A DNA stretch of 64,000 nt from Vicinamibacteria bacterium (GCA_023701125.1 JAMPXO010000009.1:5264-69263); one strand, 5' to 3'. Counted from the first letter of the stretch, positions 49,635 to 59,527 are shown. Notes: generated by a model not told the origin, from the sequence alone. Program-made: numbers and translations.

Positions 49635-50648
49635 GTGGCGCGCCGCCCCGAGCAGATGGATCTCTTCGGCCCCGACCCCGCCCCGGTTCCGCCACGGCCT
49701 GCCGGCCCGACACCCCGACCGGCCGAGTTGCCCGACCTCGCCGGCCTGCGCGCGCTCGCCGCCCGAGTGCCCCCCGGGCTGCACTTCGGCACCTGCTCCT
49801 GGGCCTTCCCGGGCTGGGCCGGCCTCGTCTATGCCGAGCAGCGCAAGGCCAGCGACCTCGCCCACGACGGCCTCGCGGAGTACGCGCGCCACCCGCTGCT
49901 GCGCACGGTGGAGATCGATCGTTCGTACTACGCACCGGTACCCGAGGCCGACTTCGAGCGCTACGCCTTCCAGCTGCCGCCCGGCTTCCGCTGCGCGCTC
50001 AAGGCGCCGGCCGCGGTGACCTCTCTTCAACTCCCCCACAAGCGCGAGGTCCGCCCCAACCCCGATTTCCTGAGCGCCGCCCGGCTCGAGCGGGAGTTGC
50101 TGGAGCCCGCCCATCGCGCCTTCGCGTCTCACCTCGGGCCCGTGATCCTCGAGTTCCCCGCCCCGCGATTTCCGCTCGCCCTGCCGCCGCGGGTCTTCGC
50201 CGAGCAACTCGACGAGTTCCTGTGCCGGCTTCCGACCGGCTTCGACTACGCCATCGAGTTGCGGGACGCGAGTTGGCTGTCGCCGCTCTACCGCCAGGTA
50301 CTGGCCCGCCACCGGGTCGCCCACGTCTACAGCTACTGGAGCCACATGCCGCGCCCCGTTGCGCAGGAGCGCCTGGTGCCGATGGCGGGCGCACGGTTCC
50401 TGCTGTTGCGGCTGTTGTTGCCACCGGGTGCGCGCTACGACGACAAGAAGGACGCCTTCGCCCCTTTCGACCGACTCGAGGCACCCGACCCGGCGATGCG
50501 GCGCGAGGTGGTCGCGTTGTGTCGGGCGGCGCTCGCGCGCGGGATGCCGGCCTTCGTGCTGGTCAACAACAAGGCCGAGGGCTCGTCACCGCTGACGGTG
50601 CGCGCGCTGGCGGAGGCGCTGGCGGTGGACCTCGACAGCGGGGACTGA
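49635..50648 (+). CDS. DUF72 family protein
   Basis: GTCSWAFPGW.GLVY and characteristic YSYW.HMP motifs. Confidence 0.75.
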   Translation: MARRPEQMDLFGPDPAPVPPRPAGPTPRPAELPDLAGLRALAARVPPGLHFGTCSWAFPGWAGLVYAEQRKASDLAHDGLAEYARHPLLRTVEIDRSYYAPVPEADFERYAFQLPPGFRCALKAPAAVTSLQLPHKREVRPNPDFLSAARLERELLEPAHRAFASHLGPVILEFPAPRFPLALPPRVFAEQLDEFLCRLPTGFDYAIELRDASWLSPLYRQVLARHRVAHVYSYWSHMPRPVAQERLVPMAGARFLLLRLLLPPGARYDDKKDAFAPFDRLEAPDPAMRREVVALCRAALARGMPAFVLVNNKAEGSSPLTVRALAEALAVDLDSGD

Positions 50649-50650
50649 CG

Positions 50651-52564
50651 ATGTGCGGGATCTGCGGCTACGCGGGCTTCGAGGCAGCCCCGGGCCTGCT
50701 CGATCGCATGGCGGACTCGATCCGCCACCGGGGCCCGGACAGCCAGGGTCGCTTCCGCGGCGTCGCGTCGGGCCTGGCCGTCGAGCGCCTCGCCATGGTG
50801 GACCTCGCCCGTGGCGAGCAGCCGATCCGGAACGAGGATGGGTCCGTGGTCCTCGTGCTCAATGGCGAGATCTACAACCACGCCGAGCTGAGGGCCGGAC
50901 TGGAGGCGCGCGGGCACCGCCTGCGCTCGGGGTCGGACGCGGAGGTGGTGGTCCACCTCTACGAAGAGCAGGGCATCGCCTGCCTGAACAGGCTGCGCGG
51001 CATGTTCGCCCTCGGCTTGCACGACCTGCGCCGCGGCGAGACCTTTCTGGCCCGCGACCGCCTGGGCCTCAAGCCTCTCTACTACTGGTCGCAGGGCGGT
51101 CGGCTGCTCTTCGCTTCCGAGACCAAGGCCCTGCTCGAGTCCGGCCTGGTGTCCCGCGAGGTGCGCCTCGAGGCGGTCGACGCCTACCTGCGGCTGCGCT
51201 TCGTGCCTGGCCCGGCCACCATGATCCAGGGCGTGAACAGGCTGCCGGCGGGACACTGGCTGTGTCACCGTGGTCACGAGGTCCGCATCGAGCGCTACTG
51301 GCAGCTCCCGATCGACGACGGCGGTCGCGAGCAGACCGACCGCGAGTGGGTCGAGCAGTTCGAGCACCTCTTCGACGAGACCGTGCGGCTCCACATGCGC
51401 GGCGACGTCGCGGTCGGCGCGTACCTGAGCGGCGGCCTCGACTCGAGTCTCGTGGTGGCCGCGGCGGCACGCGTGGACGATCGCCTCCACACGTTCTCGA
51501 TCGGCTTCGCCGGCGAGGCCGACGAGGGCTCCGCGGCGCGCGCGATGGCCGCCCATGCAGGCACGGTGCACCACCGGTCCGCCTGCGACGCCGATGCGCT
51601 TCGCTTCTTGCCCCAGGTCGTCTGGCATGCGGACGAGCCGCCAGCGGCCGTGGCGTTGCCTCTCTTCCTGCTCGCCCGTGACGCCCGGCCGCACGTGAAA
51701 GCGGTGCTCAGCGGTGAAGGGGCCGACGAGGTGCTGGCCGGCTACGCGGCCCATCGTGCCCTCGAGGCGCTCCGCCGGACCCGCTCCCTGGCGGCACCCG
51801 CCGTGCTGCGCGGAGCGGCCTGGTTGGCTTCCCTTGCGAGTCGCAGCGGCATCGACCTGCGCCTCGACCATCCCGCGCCGCTCGGCCGCAGCGGCTGGCA
51901 GCGGATCGAGCACGTGCTGAAGGCCGCCCGCGGATCGCTCGCCGCGACCTGGGAGGCGGCCATCTCGCTGTTCGCCGACGTCGAACTCGAGAGGCTGTAT
52001 CGGCGGGGCGGACCGCTCGTTCACCTCGCCCGCCGCCTGCACCCGGTGGCGGGGCCGGACGCTGCGCCGGGCAGCCTGGACGCCGTGCTCGCGCAGCAGT
52101 TCGACACCTGGCTGCCCGACAACGTGCTCTCCCGCCAGGACAAGATGTCGATGGCCCACTCGGTCGAAGTCCGCCTGCCCTACCTCGATCACGTCCTCGT
52201 CGAGTTCCTCTTCACCGTGCCGCCGCACCTGAAGCTGAGGCTGCTCCCGCCCGGCGGCAAGATCCTGTCCCGGCGCCTGGCTCGACACCGGCTTCCGGCG
52301 GCGTTGGCCAGCCGCCGAAAGCAATCGCTGACGGTGCCCCTGGAGGCGCACCTGGACAGCGCCACCTTCGGCGAACTGCTGGCATCCACGCTGAACGAAG
52401 CCCGGGTTCGGCGCCGGGGCTACTTCGAACCGGCCGCCGTTCGCGACCTCGTCCAGCGCGCGCGGCAGACGCGCGAGTTCGTGCTCGCCAAGCAGGTGCT
52501 GGCCCTCGTCCTGTTGGAGCTCTGGCACGAGCAGTTCGTCGACGGCGTCCGCCGATCGGCCTGA
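50651..52564 (+). CDS. asnB: asparagine synthase (glutamine-hydrolysing)
   Basis: MCGICG Ntn-glutaminase start, SGGLDSS PP-loop. Confidence 0.85.
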   Translation: MCGICGYAGFEAAPGLLDRMADSIRHRGPDSQGRFRGVASGLAVERLAMVDLARGEQPIRNEDGSVVLVLNGEIYNHAELRAGLEARGHRLRSGSDAEVVVHLYEEQGIACLNRLRGMFALGLHDLRRGETFLARDRLGLKPLYYWSQGGRLLFASETKALLESGLVSREVRLEAVDAYLRLRFVPGPATMIQGVNRLPAGHWLCHRGHEVRIERYWQLPIDDGGREQTDREWVEQFEHLFDETVRLHMRGDVAVGAYLSGGLDSSLVVAAAARVDDRLHTFSIGFAGEADEGSAARAMAAHAGTVHHRSACDADALRFLPQVVWHADEPPAAVALPLFLLARDARPHVKAVLSGEGADEVLAGYAAHRALEALRRTRSLAAPAVLRGAAWLASLASRSGIDLRLDHPAPLGRSGWQRIEHVLKAARGSLAATWEAAISLFADVELERLYRRGGPLVHLARRLHPVAGPDAAPGSLDAVLAQQFDTWLPDNVLSRQDKMSMAHSVEVRLPYLDHVLVEFLFTVPPHLKLRLLPPGGKILSRRLARHRLPAALASRRKQSLTVPLEAHLDSATFGELLASTLNEARVRRRGYFEPAAVRDLVQRARQTREFVLAKQVLALVLLELWHEQFVDGVRRSA

Positions 52565-52594
52565 GCTGGTCCCGGGCCCTAGAATGCACACGTC

Positions 52595-52837
52595 ATGAGC
52601 ACGATCTTCGTGATGGTGAAGTGCGAGCTCGGTCGCGCCTACGAGGTGGCCGCCGCGATCGCGGACCGGGTCGAGGAGGCGTCCGAGGTGTGGTCCACCT
52701 CGGGCCAGTACGACCTGCTCGTGAAGTGCGTGCTGGCGCCGGGGCGCGACGCCGGCCACTTCGTGACGGAGTCGCTGCAGCGCCTGCCCGGCGTGCGCGA
52801 CACCTTCACCCTGATCGCGTTCCAGGCCTTTCGCTAG
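52595..52837 (+). CDS. stand-alone Lrp/AsnC-type RAM (ligand-binding) domain protein
   Basis: 80 aa. VMVKCELGRAYEVAAAIA..VWSTSGQYDLLVKCVLA is a RAM-domain pattern without an HTH. Confidence 0.6.
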   Translation: MSTIFVMVKCELGRAYEVAAAIADRVEEASEVWSTSGQYDLLVKCVLAPGRDAGHFVTESLQRLPGVRDTFTLIAFQAFR

Positions 52838-53496
52838 GAGATCGAGCCCCCAGGCTTGCGGCCACCCGGCTTGCGCGGGCGTGCGTCCGACCACGGCGTC
52901 AGCGGCGCGCGCGCCCAGGCGGGCGCGGGCTGTGGATCGGGGGCCAGGTCGCGGAAGTCGGCGATCTCCCGGATGCGCCCTGCGCGGGTGCGGAACAGCC
53001 GGCCCTCGCGGGTGAACACGATGTCGCCCGCGTGGTCGCGGCCGGCCCACTCCTCGGAGCGGAACGTCGCGGGCCGCCAGCCGGTCGCCACTTCGAGGCC
53101 GATGGCCGGGTGGTCGGGATGGGTGCGGAGATCGCCGCCGAAGACGACGACCTGGCGGCGACCGGCGAAGTAGCCGCCGCCGCCCCAGGTGCTGCCGTGC
53201 GGCCACAGCGCCAGCGCGTGCAGCCAGGGCGCGCGGCTGACCGCCGTCCACGACCCGGTGTACGAGGTCCCGAACTTCCGCCCCTGCAGCGCGAAGTACA
53301 GGAACAGCTTGCCGTCCGGCGAGAGGTCGCAGCGCTCCTCGTAGAGGCGGCCCCGGAACCACGCACCCGGCTCCAGGGCGTCGGTGTCGGTGTGCCAGCG
53401 GATCAAGTGGTACCACTGGGTGGGCCCGCGGCGCAGGATCAGCCCGATCGGCGTGTCGCGGGCGAGCAGCACGTGGAGTCGCGGCGGGGAGGCCAT
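52834..53496 (-). CDS. hypothetical protein
   Basis: 220 aa. Coherent composition (WYHLIRWHTDTDALEPGAWFRGRLYEERCDLSPDGKLFLYF...). Divergent from padR. Confidence 0.45.
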   Translation of the reverse strand: MASPPRLHVLLARDTPIGLILRRGPTQWYHLIRWHTDTDALEPGAWFRGRLYEERCDLSPDGKLFLYFALQGRKFGTSYTGSWTAVSRAPWLHALALWPHGSTWGGGGYFAGRRQVVVFGGDLRTHPDHPAIGLEVATGWRPATFRSEEWAGRDHAGDIVFTREGRLFRTRAGRIREIADFRDLAPDPQPAPAWARAPLTPWSDARPRKPGGRKPGGSIS

Positions 53497-53519
53497 GCGC
53501 CCGCCATGGTAATCGTCCC

Positions 53520-53547
53520 TTGACATTGTGTGCGTCACGCATATATT
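53520..53547 (+). promoter_or_regulatory. strong sigma70-like promoter: TTGACA, 16-bp spacer, TATATT
   Basis: CCTTGACATTGTGTGCGTCACGCATATATTCCACGCGTG. The GTG at 53554 lies 7 nt after the -10. The track's GTG start 53530 sits inside the spacer. Confidence 0.6.
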
Positions 53548-53553
53548 CCACGC

Positions 53554-53913
53554 GTGACTATCGAACGCGACGCCGCGGCCCTGCTGCCGCTGCCTGAGGT
53601 GACCTTCCACGTGCTCGTCGCGCTGGCGGATGGCGAGCGGCACGGCTACGCCATCCTGCAGGATGTCGAGGCGCGCACGGACGGCGCCGTGCGCCTCTCC
53701 GCAGGCACCCTGTACCGGGCGATCCACCGCATGCTCGAGCAGGGCCTCGTCGTGGAGAGCGACGACCGCCCCGCCCGCAGCGAGGACGACGAGCGTCGGC
53801 GCTACTACCGCATCACGGTGCTGGGGGCTGCGGCCGTGCGCGCCGAGTCCGCGCGCCTGTCGCGGCTGGTCGAGCTGGCCCGGGCCAAGGGGCTGGCGCC
53901 GCGCCGGAGCTGA
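53554..53913 (+). CDS. PadR-family transcriptional regulator
   Basis: HVLVALADGERHGYAILQDVE winged-helix. Likely leaderless GTG start. Confidence 0.75.
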   Translation: MTIERDAAALLPLPEVTFHVLVALADGERHGYAILQDVEARTDGAVRLSAGTLYRAIHRMLEQGLVVESDDRPARSEDDERRRYYRITVLGAAAVRAESARLSRLVELARAKGLAPRRS

Positions 53914-53915
53914 CG

Positions 53916-56504
53916 ATGCGACTGCACCGCCTGCTGCTGCTGCTGTTCCCCGCCGCGTTCCGCGCCGAGTACGGGGCCGAGCTGCTGCGCGACCTCGCGG
54001 CGCGCCACCGCGAGCGCGAGGGGCTGGCCCGCGCGGCATTGCTGGTGCACGACGTGCCCGAGCTGCTGCTGGACGCCATCGCCGCGCAGTGGGACGTGCT
54101 GACCCAGGACCTGCGCCAGGCGCGGCGCTCGCTGCGCCGACAGCCGGGCTTCTGCGCGGCGGTCGTGACGGTGGCGGCGCTCGGCATCGGCGCCAACACC
54201 GCCGTGTTCTCGGCCCTCGACCGCACGCTGCTGCGGCCGCTGCCCTATCCCGAGCCCGATCGGCTCGTGCGCCTGTTCGAGCGCGAGCCCGGTTACGGCC
54301 GGCTGGAGACCTCGCCTGCCAACTACCGCGACTGGAAGGCGCAGGTGGGCTCGTTCACCTCGATCGCCGCCCACCACACGCAGTGGGTGAACCTCGTCGG
54401 CCGCGGCGAGCCGCAGCGGCTGGCGGCGACCGCGACGGAGGCCGCGCTGTTCCCGATGCTCGGCGTGGAACCACTGCTGGGGCGGCTGATCGACGCCGCG
54501 GACGACGTGGTCGGGGCGCCGGGCGTGCTGCTGCTGAGCCACGCGCTGTGGGTCCGCGAGTTCGGCGCCGATCCGGCCGCGATCGGGGCGCAGGTGAGGC
54601 TGGACGACGAGCCGTTCACGATCGTCGGCGTGCTGCCGCCCGCGTTCAGCTACCCGACCCGCGACACCCCGCTCTGGGTGCCGCTGCGGCTGGGCACAGG
54701 CGGCTCGTTCGACGACCGCGAGAACCACTACCTGTGGACCCTGGCGCGGCTCCGGCCCGGCGTTTCGCACGAGCAGGCGCAGGCCGAGATGGACGTGATC
54801 GCCGCCCGCCTCGCCGCCGCGTACCCGGAGCCGATGGCCCGCAAGGGCGTGAGCGTCCGCGCGCTGGCCGACGAGGTGCCGGTGCAGGCCCGCCAGCTCC
54901 TGCTCGGGCTGGCCGCGGCCGCGGGCCTCGTGCTGCTGGTCGCCTGCGCCAACCTCGCCAACCTGCTCCTGGCGCGGACGCTGTCGCGGGTGCGCGAGCT
55001 GTCGGTGCGCGCCGCGCTGGGCGCCGGCCGCGAGCGCCTGCTGCGCCAGATCCTGGCCGAGTCGCTGCTGCTGGCAGCCTGCGGCGGCCTGGGCGGCCTC
55101 GCCCTCGCCGCCGCCCTGCTGCCGGTCGCCGCGAGCCTGGTGCCGACGCTGCTGCCGGTACCGGCGCCGGTTGCGCTCGACCTGCGCGTGCTGGCGCTGG
55201 GCGCAGGGCTGACGCTCGTCACCGGCCTCGGCTTCGGCGTGCTGCCGGCGCTGCGCCTGGGCGCGCGGCCGGACCTGCGCACGCTGCGCGAGACGTCGCA
55301 GACGAGCCGCGGCAGCAGCCGCGCTGGCGTGCGCCAGGCACTGGTCGTCGCGGAGGTGGGCGCCGCGGTGGCACTGATGTTCGCGGGTGGCCTGCTGCAC
55401 GCGGCGCTGCAGCGGGTGGAGGCCGTCGATCCCGGGTTCGAGGCGCGCGGCACCCTCGCGCTGCAGACTCCGCCGCCGTTTCCGCGATATGCCGAGGTTG
55501 GCCGCCGCGAAGCGCTCTACGCGAGCGTGCTCGACGACGTGCGGGCGCGGCCCGGGGTGACGGCGGCGGGCTACGGCAGCTTCCTGCCGATGACGATGCG
55601 CGGCGGCGTGTGGCCGGTGCGCGAGGCTGGCGGCGCGGCGCAGGACGGCGAGCGCCCGACGGCGCTGCTGCGCCTCGTCACGCCGGGCTTCCTGGAGGCG
55701 CTGGGGGTGCCGCTGCAGCGCGGACGCACGATCGCCCGCGAAGACGTGCGCGAGGCGCAGGCCGTCGCCGTGGTCAGCGAGTCGTTCGCGCTCCGGCACT
55801 GGCCCGGCCAGGACCCGCTCGGCCGCTCGTTCGCGATCGCGTTCTCCGAGCCCGTCGTCGTGGGCGTCGTCGGCGACGTCCGGGTGCGCGGCCTGGAGCG
55901 CGAGAGCGAACCCCAGGTCTACCTGTCGAGCGCTCAGGTCGCGGACGGCTCGCTCGTCTTCTACGTGCCGAAGGAGCTGCTGATCCGTTTCGAGGGCAAC
56001 CCCGCGGCGCTGGCCACTGCCGCCCGCGCGGCCGTGCATCGCGCCGATCCGGACCTGCCGATCGCCGAGGTGCGCGGGCTCGACGACATCGTCGCCGCCG
56101 ACTCCGGACAGCGGCGGCTGCAGGCGCAGATGATCGCGGCGTTCGGCGCGCTCGCGGTGCTGCTGGCCGCGGTCGGCCTGCACGGCCTGCTGGCGTTCAC
56201 GGTGACCCAGCGACTGCCGGAGTTCGGCCTGCGCCGCGCGCTGGGAGCCAGTTCGTGCCAGCTCCTGCAACTCGTGCTCGGCGACGGCTTGCGGCTGGCG
56301 ATGCTCGGTTGCGTCGTCGGTGCCCTGCTCGGCTGGGGCGCCTCGCGCGTGCTCGAGTCGCTGCTGTTCGGCGTGCCGCCGAGCGAGCCGACGGTGGCGC
56401 TGGTCGCGTTCGCCGTCGGCATCGGCATGACGCTCGCTGGCAGCCTCGGCCCCGCCCTGCGAGCGCTGCGAGCCGACCCGCTGCTGGTGCTGCGCGCCGA
56501 CTGA
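53916..56504 (+). CDS. ADOP-type (MacB/FtsX-like duplicated) ABC permease
   Basis: 862 aa with two FtsX-like 4-TM modules and large periplasmic domains. PadR plus ADOP pairing is typical of Acidobacteria. Confidence 0.8.
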   Translation: MRLHRLLLLLFPAAFRAEYGAELLRDLAARHREREGLARAALLVHDVPELLLDAIAAQWDVLTQDLRQARRSLRRQPGFCAAVVTVAALGIGANTAVFSALDRTLLRPLPYPEPDRLVRLFEREPGYGRLETSPANYRDWKAQVGSFTSIAAHHTQWVNLVGRGEPQRLAATATEAALFPMLGVEPLLGRLIDAADDVVGAPGVLLLSHALWVREFGADPAAIGAQVRLDDEPFTIVGVLPPAFSYPTRDTPLWVPLRLGTGGSFDDRENHYLWTLARLRPGVSHEQAQAEMDVIAARLAAAYPEPMARKGVSVRALADEVPVQARQLLLGLAAAAGLVLLVACANLANLLLARTLSRVRELSVRAALGAGRERLLRQILAESLLLAACGGLGGLALAAALLPVAASLVPTLLPVPAPVALDLRVLALGAGLTLVTGLGFGVLPALRLGARPDLRTLRETSQTSRGSSRAGVRQALVVAEVGAAVALMFAGGLLHAALQRVEAVDPGFEARGTLALQTPPPFPRYAEVGRREALYASVLDDVRARPGVTAAGYGSFLPMTMRGGVWPVREAGGAAQDGERPTALLRLVTPGFLEALGVPLQRGRTIAREDVREAQAVAVVSESFALRHWPGQDPLGRSFAIAFSEPVVVGVVGDVRVRGLERESEPQVYLSSAQVADGSLVFYVPKELLIRFEGNPAALATAARAAVHRADPDLPIAEVRGLDDIVAADSGQRRLQAQMIAAFGALAVLLAAVGLHGLLAFTVTQRLPEFGLRRALGASSCQLLQLVLGDGLRLAMLGCVVGALLGWGASRVLESLLFGVPPSEPTVALVAFAVGIGMTLAGSLGPALRALRADPLLVLRAD

Positions 56505-56506
56505 CG

Positions 56507-56703
56507 GCGCGCGGGGGTTTACTGGGTTCCGTTGCCGGGCAAAGCCCGTCACCGGTCCCATGGGGGCTACGTCGCAAACGGAAGCTCCTCCGCCCCCAAA
56601 CCCCAGCCGGGTTCCGTTGCCGGGCAAAGCCCGTCACCGGTCCCATGGGGGCTACGTCGCAAACGGAAGCTCCTCCGCCCCCAAACCCCAGCCGGGTTCC
56701 GTT
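56507..56703. repeat. tandem array of REP-like units (2 full 85-bp units plus an 11-bp partial, reverse orientation)
   Basis: GGGTTCCGTTGCCGGGCAAAGCCCGTCACCGGTCCCATGGGGGCTACGTCGCAAACGGAAGCTCCTCCGCCCCCAAACCCCAGCC repeated at 56524 and 56609. Fills the whole gap between the permease stop (56504) and the DinB-like stop (56704). Confidence 0.9.
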
Positions 56704-57192
56704 CTAGGACGAAGCCGAGTCCGCCGACGGACCGTAGATCGACGGCACCTTGCCGCCCATCGGGCGCAGGTAGGTGCTGAGCTGGCCGCGGTGGTGGATC
56801 GCGTCGAACAGGAAGCCCCACACGAACTCGGCCAGCGAGTCGGTCCACGGCTCGGGCATGCCCTCGACGACGAAGCTGACCTTGCGCTCCCACGCGGCGT
56901 CGTCGAGCTTCGCCAGCCGCTCGTTGACCGCCTCGAACGACTTCTCGTAGTGGGCGACGACCGCGTCGTAGCGGGCCGGCGGCGGCGTCTCCTTCCACTC
57001 GATGCGGCCGGTGTCGATCAGCGTCACCAGCGACGCTTCCTCTTCCGCCAGCAGCCAGGTCAGGGCCGCGGCGGTGCGCGCCTTCGGGTCCGGCTTGTAG
57101 TCCAGCCGGTTCGTCGGGACGGCCTTCAGCACGCGCTGGAAGGCCGGGAACTCCGCCTTGCGGCGGGACAGACAGAACTCGCGGTTGTTCAT
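56704..57192 (-). CDS. DinB/YfiT-like four-helix-bundle protein
   Basis: FDAIHHRGQLSTYLR motif. GGGGAGCGAGG RBS. Confidence 0.65.
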   Translation of the reverse strand: MNNREFCLSRRKAEFPAFQRVLKAVPTNRLDYKPDPKARTAAALTWLLAEEEASLVTLIDTGRIEWKETPPPARYDAVVAHYEKSFEAVNERLAKLDDAAWERKVSFVVEGMPEPWTDSLAEFVWGFLFDAIHHRGQLSTYLRPMGGKVPSIYGPSADSASS

Positions 57193-57331
57193 GACGCCTC
57201 GCTCCCCCGTGTTTCGGATGGAAGAAAGATAGGCGAACGAAAAGCGAAGGTCAAGGTGTTTCTGTAGGCCGAATTCAAATCGAGTGCACCGCCGTGGCGC
57301 GGGGCGTAGGCTCCCGCCGGAGTTCCAGCGA

Positions 57332-58984
57332 ATGGCGACCACGTGCGCGGCTTGCGGCAGCCCGCTCGACGCCTCGGCGCGCTTCTGCCCGGGCTGCGGC
57401 GAGCGGGTCCGCGTCGTGGAACCGCCCGTCGATCCGACCCGCCACCTGCTCGAGCGGGCGCTCGGCACTCACTACCGCATCGAGCGCGAACTGGGCCGCG
57501 GCGGAATGGGGGTCGTCTACTTCGCCCACGAGGGCGGCCTCGACCGCGACGTGGCCATCAAGGTACTGCCGCCCGACAAGGCCGAGTCGGAGCTGCACCG
57601 CGAGCGCTTCCGGCGCGAGGCGCGCACGGCCGCCCGACTGAGTCACCCGAACGTCGTACCGCTCCACGCGTTCGGCGAGCACCAGGGAATGCTCTATTAC
57701 GTGATGGGGTACGTCGACGGCGAGTCGCTCGCCGAGCGGATGCAGCGCGAGGGGCCCATGTCCGAGCCCGAGACCCGGCGCATCCTGACCGCCATCGCCG
57801 ACGCGCTCCACCATGCCCACCAGCAGGGCATCGTCCATCGCGACGTGAAGCCGCAGAACGTCCTGCTCGAGGCGGGCTCGGGTCGACCGATGCTGACCGA
57901 CTTCGGCATCTCCAAGCTCGCCGCCGAAGGCAGCGCGCTGACCGCGGCGGGCCTCGTCATCGGCACGCCCGACTACCTGTCGCCCGAGCAGGCCTCGGGC
58001 AGCACCGAGGTCGGACCGCTGGCGGACATCTACTCGCTCGGCGTGGTCGGCTACGCGATGCTCTCGGGCCGGTTGCCGTTCGCGAGCCGCACCGCGGGCG
58101 AGGCGATCGTCAAGCGGTTGACGACCGCGGCGCCACCGCTGGCCGCCGTCGCGCCGGCCACGAGCCCCGCGATGGTCGAGGCCGTGATGCGGTGCCTCGC
58201 GAAGGACCCCGCGCAGCGCTGGCCCGACGCTGCGGCCTTCGCCCGCGCGATCGCCGCACCGGGAGATGAGGAGCAGGGACAGTTCGAGAGCGTCGGCCTG
58301 CTGACTCTCGCCCTGGTGTACTACGCGCTGGTGTCGCGACTGATCTGGGCGGTCGCCGAGCAGGCCGGGCCCGTGATCGAGATCGCCAGCCAGGCGTTGC
58401 CTGCGCTGGCCACGCTCGGGCTGCTGGTGATGGCCGGCAGCTTCGTTCACCTCCGGCGCCAGGGCCACTCGCTGTCGGCCTGGGCCCACGAGATGTTCCG
58501 CGAGCCGCCGGTCTGGATCCTGTGGTACCCGCGCCCGCTGCGCCGCGCCGGCAACGTGTGGGACCAGCTTCCTCGCGACGTGCGCTGGCTGCGGGCGGGT
58601 TTCAGCGCCTTCGTCGCCGGAACGCTCCTCGTCCTCGTTCCGCTGCTGGTGGTGGTGGCCGTGACCCCGAGCGGGCCGGGCCGCTGGCTGAGCACCTGGC
58701 CGCGTTCCGTACGCGTCGCGAGCGGACTGGGCACCACCGCGGCGTTCCTCGCGTGGCTCGTCGCCGCCTGGCGGGTCCCGGAGCGCCTGCGTCGGCGTGG
58801 ACTCAGCCATTGGGAGGCAGAGAGTGTCGCTGTCGGCTCGCCCCTGGCGCGCGCGGCGTTCTGGTCGCGGCCGGCCGTCGCGGTTTTGCTCGGCGCGGCG
58901 AAACAGCCGCGCTCCACGACCGCCGCCGCTGGCCCCTCGACCCACGACGACACCCGCACGATGGGCGGTGGTGGGCCGTGCTAG
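57332..58984 (+). CDS. Ser/Thr protein kinase with N-terminal zinc ribbon and C-terminal membrane region
   Basis: CAACG..CPGCG ribbon. GRGGMGVVY, VAIKVL, HRDVKPQNVLL, DFGISK, GTPDYLSPE. Confidence 0.8.
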   Translation: MATTCAACGSPLDASARFCPGCGERVRVVEPPVDPTRHLLERALGTHYRIERELGRGGMGVVYFAHEGGLDRDVAIKVLPPDKAESELHRERFRREARTAARLSHPNVVPLHAFGEHQGMLYYVMGYVDGESLAERMQREGPMSEPETRRILTAIADALHHAHQQGIVHRDVKPQNVLLEAGSGRPMLTDFGISKLAAEGSALTAAGLVIGTPDYLSPEQASGSTEVGPLADIYSLGVVGYAMLSGRLPFASRTAGEAIVKRLTTAAPPLAAVAPATSPAMVEAVMRCLAKDPAQRWPDAAAFARAIAAPGDEEQGQFESVGLLTLALVYYALVSRLIWAVAEQAGPVIEIASQALPALATLGLLVMAGSFVHLRRQGHSLSAWAHEMFREPPVWILWYPRPLRRAGNVWDQLPRDVRWLRAGFSAFVAGTLLVLVPLLVVVAVTPSGPGRWLSTWPRSVRVASGLGTTAAFLAWLVAAWRVPERLRRRGLSHWEAESVAVGSPLARAAFWSRPAVAVLLGAAKQPRSTTAAAGPSTHDDTRTMGGGGPC

Positions 58985-59020
58985 GGTGCGCGTTCCCAAA
59001 TTCCCTGGAGTGAGAACGAG

Positions 59021-59527
59021 ATGGTGTTGACGAAGGCCGAGTTGATCGCATCCCTGCAGAACGAAGTCCGCATCCTGCTGCACCTCGCCGGCAAGATCGA
59101 TTCGGCGAAGCTCGACTACCGGCCGACGCCGAAGCAGCGCAGCACGTTCGAACTGCTCAAGTACCTGAGCATGATGGGCCCGGCCCTGGTGCGGGCCGCG
59201 AAGACGGGCGCGTTCGACGAGGCCGCGTGGACGGCGGAGGAGAAGTCGGCCGCGGCGCGCAGCTTCGACGAGACGCTGAAGGCGATCGCGAACCAGTCCG
59301 ACGCCTACGCGAGCCTGCTCGCGGACGTCTCGGACGCCGACCTGCGCGCGGAGGTCGACCCGTTCGGCATGGGCAAGACCTCGCGCGGGGCGTTCATCGT
59401 CAACGTGGTGCTCTGCGGCTGCGCCGCCTACCGCACCCAGCTCTTCCTTTACCTCAAGGCCTGCGGCCGCGAGGAGCTGAGCACGATGAACCTGTGGGGC
59501 GGAGTCGACGCGCCAGCCGAGGGCTAG
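59021..59527 (+). CDS. hypothetical helical protein (DinB_2-like)
   Basis: 168 aa, coherent composition. No firm family call. Confidence 0.5.
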   Translation: MVLTKAELIASLQNEVRILLHLAGKIDSAKLDYRPTPKQRSTFELLKYLSMMGPALVRAAKTGAFDEAAWTAEEKSAAARSFDETLKAIANQSDAYASLLADVSDADLRAEVDPFGMGKTSRGAFIVNVVLCGCAAYRTQLFLYLKACGREELSTMNLWGGVDAPAEG

